From assembly GCA_019058245.1 (NCBI GenBank), contig JAHPZJ010000010.1, positions 32,001 through 96,000 on the forward strand: 64,000 nt of DNA, in the 5' to 3' direction. This stretch comes from Promethearchaeota archaeon (GTDB taxonomy: Archaea > Asgardarchaeota > Lokiarchaeia > Sigyniarchaeales > SOKP01). Position 1 is the first letter of the stretch. Every line of letters starts with the position of its first letter. Below the pieces are notes generated by a model. That model saw only the letters and a program-made list of their open reading frames with translations. It ran no database searches and was not told the origin of the DNA. Both the position numbers and the translations under genes were made by a program. This document shows, in pieces, positions 59,977 to 64,000 of the stretch.

Positions 59977-61293
59977 TTATTTCAATTTCTTAGTTTTTAT
60001 ATAATTAGCTATTTTAATAGCGACACTTTCTTGTCTCTTCCAATCTCCAAATGCATTTCCTTTTGAGATAAGGGAAATGATCTCCTTTTTATAGTGATCT
60101 TTTATTCTACTAACAGATTTCTTTTCAAAGGGTGTCTGAGGTAAGGGAATAAAAGAATGAGCATGTATTCGTGCTCCCATACTTGATAATGATTTCATCA
60201 TTTCTATCGTAAGGTTCATATCTTCTTCATTTTCTCCTGGTAACCCGAAAATGAAGTCAAGATTAATCTTTAAATTATTTTTTAAAGTTAAATCTACAGC
60301 ATGATATATATCTTCTACAGTATGTCCTCTATGACATAAGTTTAAGATCTTTTGACTGCCTGATTGTACACCTATAGTTATATTATCATTATCAGCATAT
60401 TTTAAAACTAAAGCTAATGTATCATTCGTGACATGTTCTGGTCGTACTTCTGAGGGAAATGTGCCTAAAAATAATCTTCCTTTTTTACCAATTACTTTTC
60501 TTACATTAATAAGTAGAGTTTCAAGTCTCTTCAAATTTAAATTCATTCCATCAATAGAACCATATGAAAACGCATTAGGTGTAATAAATCTTATATCCGT
60601 ATTATCCCCATAATAATTTTTTAATTCTTTAACATATCTGCATATAGCATCAATACTTCTATGGCGAGGTGTGGTTCCTAAAATATAAGGTGTTTGACAG
60701 AAATAACATACATAGGGGCATCCTCTCGTGATCTCAATTGCTCCAAACCTAATATTTTTTACAGGAAATGGCGGATAATTATCTAAATTAATAAAATCTC
60801 TTTTACCTGTGAAAATATATTCCTTGTTTTCATTTAAATAAGCAATTCCCTTGATCATAGAATATTCTTCATTGTTGATAATAATTCGCATAAGTTCTAT
60901 TATAGTTTCTTCACCTTCACCAACCACAACAAAATCAAATCCCATTTTTAGAGTCCCATAGGGATCTCCTGTAGGATGAGAACCACCAGCAATAATCAAT
61001 AATCTTTTAGTAAATTTTTTTTTCAATCTTTGAACTAATTCATAGCTTTCAAAAAGTTGAATAGTAGAAAAAGAAATTGCTAACACAATTTGATCATATT
61101 TTTCAAATATTCCTTTAAGTGTCAAGAAAATCTCATTTATAGTCTGAACAAAGTAAAAATCGATACTCTCAAATATTGCATCTGTTTCAAGTGCACCAGC
61201 AATAGCATTTAAACTATAAAAATTTTGCTTATGATAATAAATTAGAAAAGCGATTTTTTTCAAAGAGGAATTACCAAAATAATATATTTCCAA
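59977..61293 (-). CDS. B12-binding domain radical SAM protein
   Basis: AGGSHPT, GEGE, EITRGCPYVCYFCQT (CxxxCxxC) and FPSEVRPE motifs. Confidence 0.9.
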   Translation of the reverse strand: MEIYYFGNSSLKKIAFLIYYHKQNFYSLNAIAGALETDAIFESIDFYFVQTINEIFLTLKGIFEKYDQIVLAISFSTIQLFESYELVQRLKKKFTKRLLIIAGGSHPTGDPYGTLKMGFDFVVVGEGEETIIELMRIIINNEEYSMIKGIAYLNENKEYIFTGKRDFINLDNYPPFPVKNIRFGAIEITRGCPYVCYFCQTPYILGTTPRHRSIDAICRYVKELKNYYGDNTDIRFITPNAFSYGSIDGMNLNLKRLETLLINVRKVIGKKGRLFLGTFPSEVRPEHVTNDTLALVLKYADNDNITIGVQSGSQKILNLCHRGHTVEDIYHAVDLTLKNNLKINLDFIFGLPGENEEDMNLTIEMMKSLSSMGARIHAHSFIPLPQTPFEKKSVSRIKDHYKKEIISLISKGNAFGDWKRQESVAIKIANYIKTKKLK

Positions 61294-61461
61294 TAATTTA
61301 AAATTATATAATAAAATATTTTGTAAATTTTATGTATAATTCATTATTTTAACATTAAATGTATTTTTCACATAAAAGCTAAACTCCGATGATTATTTAA
61401 ATTCATCTTTATATTATTATTTCAAGATTAAATCAAAAAGAAAAGGTAAAGAACGATAATA

Positions 61462-61926
61462 ATGTTATTCAGTGAATTATTTGCCACGCAAATTGATGAA
61501 GTTGGAATTTCATGGTTTGATTTCTATTCTATAGGGCATATTTGTTTAGGAATTGGTCTCTTTCTATTCTGGTCCTTATTTTATACAATTCCAAAAAAAA
61601 AAGGGAGAGTACCAATTTTTTCACTTTTGTTTGTTTTTATTCTTACTGTTATATTCGCAATAATTTGGGAGATCATTGAACATGTTATATTCCTCAATCT
61701 TGGATTGAAATTTGAAGATAGACCTGATAGTTGGCAAAATATGACCACTGACGTAATATTATGCGTAGTTGGCGGTCTTGGAACTTGGCTTTTTGCTTAC
61801 TTAATATTTGAAAAAGATAAAAGTGTAATTGGCTATTACATTTTTGGGATTATTGGATTTGGTGTTTGGATTGGCATTTTCATAATTCTGAGATATTTAA
61901 CTCTACATAACTCACCAATTATATAA
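61462..61926 (+). CDS. Integral membrane protein
   Basis: DFYSIGH, IWEIIE and DSWQNMTTD motifs across about four TM helices. Confidence 0.65.
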   Translation: MLFSELFATQIDEVGISWFDFYSIGHICLGIGLFLFWSLFYTIPKKKGRVPIFSLLFVFILTVIFAIIWEIIEHVIFLNLGLKFEDRPDSWQNMTTDVILCVVGGLGTWLFAYLIFEKDKSVIGYYIFGIIGFGVWIGIFIILRYLTLHNSPII

Positions 61927-61962
61927 TATATTTTTTATTCTATAATTTATATTCCTTATAAA

Positions 61963-62721
61963 ATGTCTGATCTTAGTGAGTTTATTGAATATCAAGAAGG
62001 TAATATACCATTAATTATCTCAGTTCCGCATGGAGGAATATTAGAATGTAATTCTATACCTAATAGAAAATCAGGAGTTTTAGGAATTGATAAAAACACT
62101 ATAGAATTTTCTAGAAATCTTATATCCCAAATCAGTCGAAGATTTAAAGAGAAAAATTTAGAAGAAAAAAATCCTTATTACATTTTTTCATTGATCAGGA
62201 GAAGTAAAATCGATTTAAACCGCTTTAAAAAAGACGCATATAATCAAGAATCATTTCTAGCTAAGGAAATCTATAATTTCTATCACTCCAAAATCAAATA
62301 TTGGGTATTAAATAATATAAAGTGGTATAAACATTCATTCTTGATAGATATTCACGGTTTTGAAAAATATAATCGTCCTCCTGGATTTCGAGATGTTGAT
62401 ATAATTTTAGGTACTAATAATTTAGAATCATTCTTTCCTGAATCAATTCCGAAAAGAAATTGGGGAAATAATATCCGCGGGAAAATTATTCAAAAATTTC
62501 TGGAATTTGACATATCGATTGCTCCAGGTCATCCAAGAAGGAGAGAATATGTTTTAACTGGAGGTTATATAACACAAACTTATGGTGCTTCTCATATTCC
62601 AAAAAGTCAGACAATTCAGATTGAAATCTCTGACAGAATAAGAATACATAATATAGAATTAAGAAAAATTGCTACTAAAATATTAGTTGATATTTTATTT
62701 GAGAATTTAAAGGATTTTTAA
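61963..62721 (+). CDS. N-formylglutamate amidohydrolase-like protein
   Basis: ISVPHGG, DLNR, IDIHG, GGYITQTYG and IQIEI motifs. Confidence 0.78.
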   Translation: MSDLSEFIEYQEGNIPLIISVPHGGILECNSIPNRKSGVLGIDKNTIEFSRNLISQISRRFKEKNLEEKNPYYIFSLIRRSKIDLNRFKKDAYNQESFLAKEIYNFYHSKIKYWVLNNIKWYKHSFLIDIHGFEKYNRPPGFRDVDIILGTNNLESFFPESIPKRNWGNNIRGKIIQKFLEFDISIAPGHPRRREYVLTGGYITQTYGASHIPKSQTIQIEISDRIRIHNIELRKIATKILVDILFENLKDF

Positions 62722-62736
62722 AGCTCTTATTAAGCT

Positions 62737-63336
62737 TTAACTGTGTAGTGATATGATTCTTCTAGCAATTCGATTAATAAATTTACTCTGCTGAATTTTG
62801 CAGATATGGGCAACTTTTTTGTAATTAAAGGATTCTGCTAATGTATCTAGGTATGAGATATTATATAAAATTGAAATATTTCTATCATTTTTCATGAATA
62901 GCATATCTAATTCTTTCTTAATTACAGATTCATGAATATTTAATTTCTTTAAAATCCTTTTTTTTATTTCTCTGATAGCTTCTTCAAAATTAAGATCTCT
63001 TATGCTAGATATAATAGAATTTAATACAAGGGTGTAAATAATAACTGTGTTAATATTTTCAGCCTCCTTTACAGATTCAAATTTAAACTGAAGGTCTTGA
63101 TATATTTCTCTTACAAAATTTTCATCAATCCCTTTTATTTTTCTAAAGAGCTTAAGAAATTCCAAATATTTTCCTTCTAAAAATAAATTTAAATTTTGAT
63201 TGAATATATCCTTAAATTTCCTTATAATTTGTCCTGAGTTACTTATTTTAAGGGATATTTCGGGTGTCCTACCAGTAATGATATCTTTTCCTTTATAGAA
63301 TTGTTGATTTATAAGGTTTTCTGTTCCTTCATACAA
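62737..63336 (-). CDS. Hypothetical protein
   Basis: 199-aa ORF with no recognised motif. Confidence 0.55.
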   Translation of the reverse strand: MYEGTENLINQQFYKGKDIITGRTPEISLKISNSGQIIRKFKDIFNQNLNLFLEGKYLEFLKLFRKIKGIDENFVREIYQDLQFKFESVKEAENINTVIIYTLVLNSIISSIRDLNFEEAIREIKKRILKKLNIHESVIKKELDMLFMKNDRNISILYNISYLDTLAESFNYKKVAHICKIQQSKFINRIARRIISLHS

Positions 63337-63649
63337 TTGTTCTAAGACATTTTTTATGGTATAACACCTATACTAAAATTTGTCAATATTTATCTTAATC
63401 AAATAATAAAAACGCATAGATTTAATTCTTTTCATCATCTTATTAAATTTTTTAAAAATAAATTTTAAGTTGAAATATTATAAGAGTAATACAGTCTCTA
63501 TAAGGTTTTTACTCCACCCTTATATTAAATAACATAGGTTTTTTTAATTTAAACCAAAAAAAAGAATAATTTAAGATTGAAACTGAAAATTAATAAAAAA
63601 AAAGAAGATTTCTTTGAAAGCTTATAGGTTGTGGCTAGATGATGATTAT

Positions 63650-64000
63650 TTAAAGATCTTCTATAAGATCTTCATATGCTTCCAAAGCCAATTCGACAAT
63701 CTCTTGGAAAGCCATGGCGTCTTGAAGATTCCCTTCGACAGTAATATCTCCTGCCATATATGCTGAAGTTGCATCAACTTCTCCCATTAATATTCCAGCT
63801 CCTACTTCGAGAGAGGAAGACATCGTAAATGAAGGATTCTCCACCTCTCCCTCACCAAAATCAAGATTACCTTCTTTAACTGTTAGCCAGACTTTCTTAT
63901 CAATATCAGTTAGAATGCTTTGTATTGCTATGTCCATATCTTCAAGTTCTTCTTTAAGGTCTTCATTCTCTTTAGAGATTTGCTTAATAAATTCATACAT
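63650..64000 (-). CDS. SCP2 sterol-binding domain protein (may extend beyond the window)
   Basis: GEVDATSAYMAGDITVEGNLQDAM matches the SCP2 signature; the ORF touches the window edge. Confidence 0.8.
   Translation of the reverse strand: MYEFIKQISKENEDLKEELEDMDIAIQSILTDIDKKVWLTVKEGNLDFGEGEVENPSFTMSSSLEVGAGILMGEVDATSAYMAGDITVEGNLQDAMAFQEIVELALEAYEDLIEDL

Overview
A very AT-rich, gene-dense archaeal window. It is most likely from an Asgard archaeon (Lokiarchaeia), inferred from an actin, a Loki-type profilin domain, a Ras-like GTPase, a eukaryote-type SECIS motif and GAGGTGA ribosome-binding sites. The housekeeping content includes tandem UvrA-like ATPases, a leuACDB operon, an ABC transporter, arsenic-resistance genes (acr3, arsR, interrupted arsC), MetE-like, CobA/BtuR, ThyX and ThyA, RimK-like, Maf, TatD, MutY-like and radical SAM genes. 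Four signals stand out. (1) Two paralogous beta-grasp-like genes (26287-26781 and 28103-28567, minus strand) keep a conserved reading frame through tandem UGA-UGA codons, with a Cys in one aligned to a UGA in the other. Each is followed by a near-identical 59-nt AUGA...AAA...GA SECIS-like hairpin. This is a candidate new di-selenocysteine protein family inside an arsenic/redox neighbourhood. (2) An uncalled 33-aa leader peptide ending in seven consecutive Leu codons, followed by alternative hairpins, lies directly upstream of leuA and suggests ribosome-mediated attenuation in an archaeon. (3) A profilin-TrmB wHTH fusion is encoded next to actin. (4) An Smc5/6-like SMC-kleisin-kite operon is led by a degenerate AAA+ protein. 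No rRNA, tRNA, CRISPR array or transposase was seen. All family calls come from motif recognition by eye; no database searches were run.
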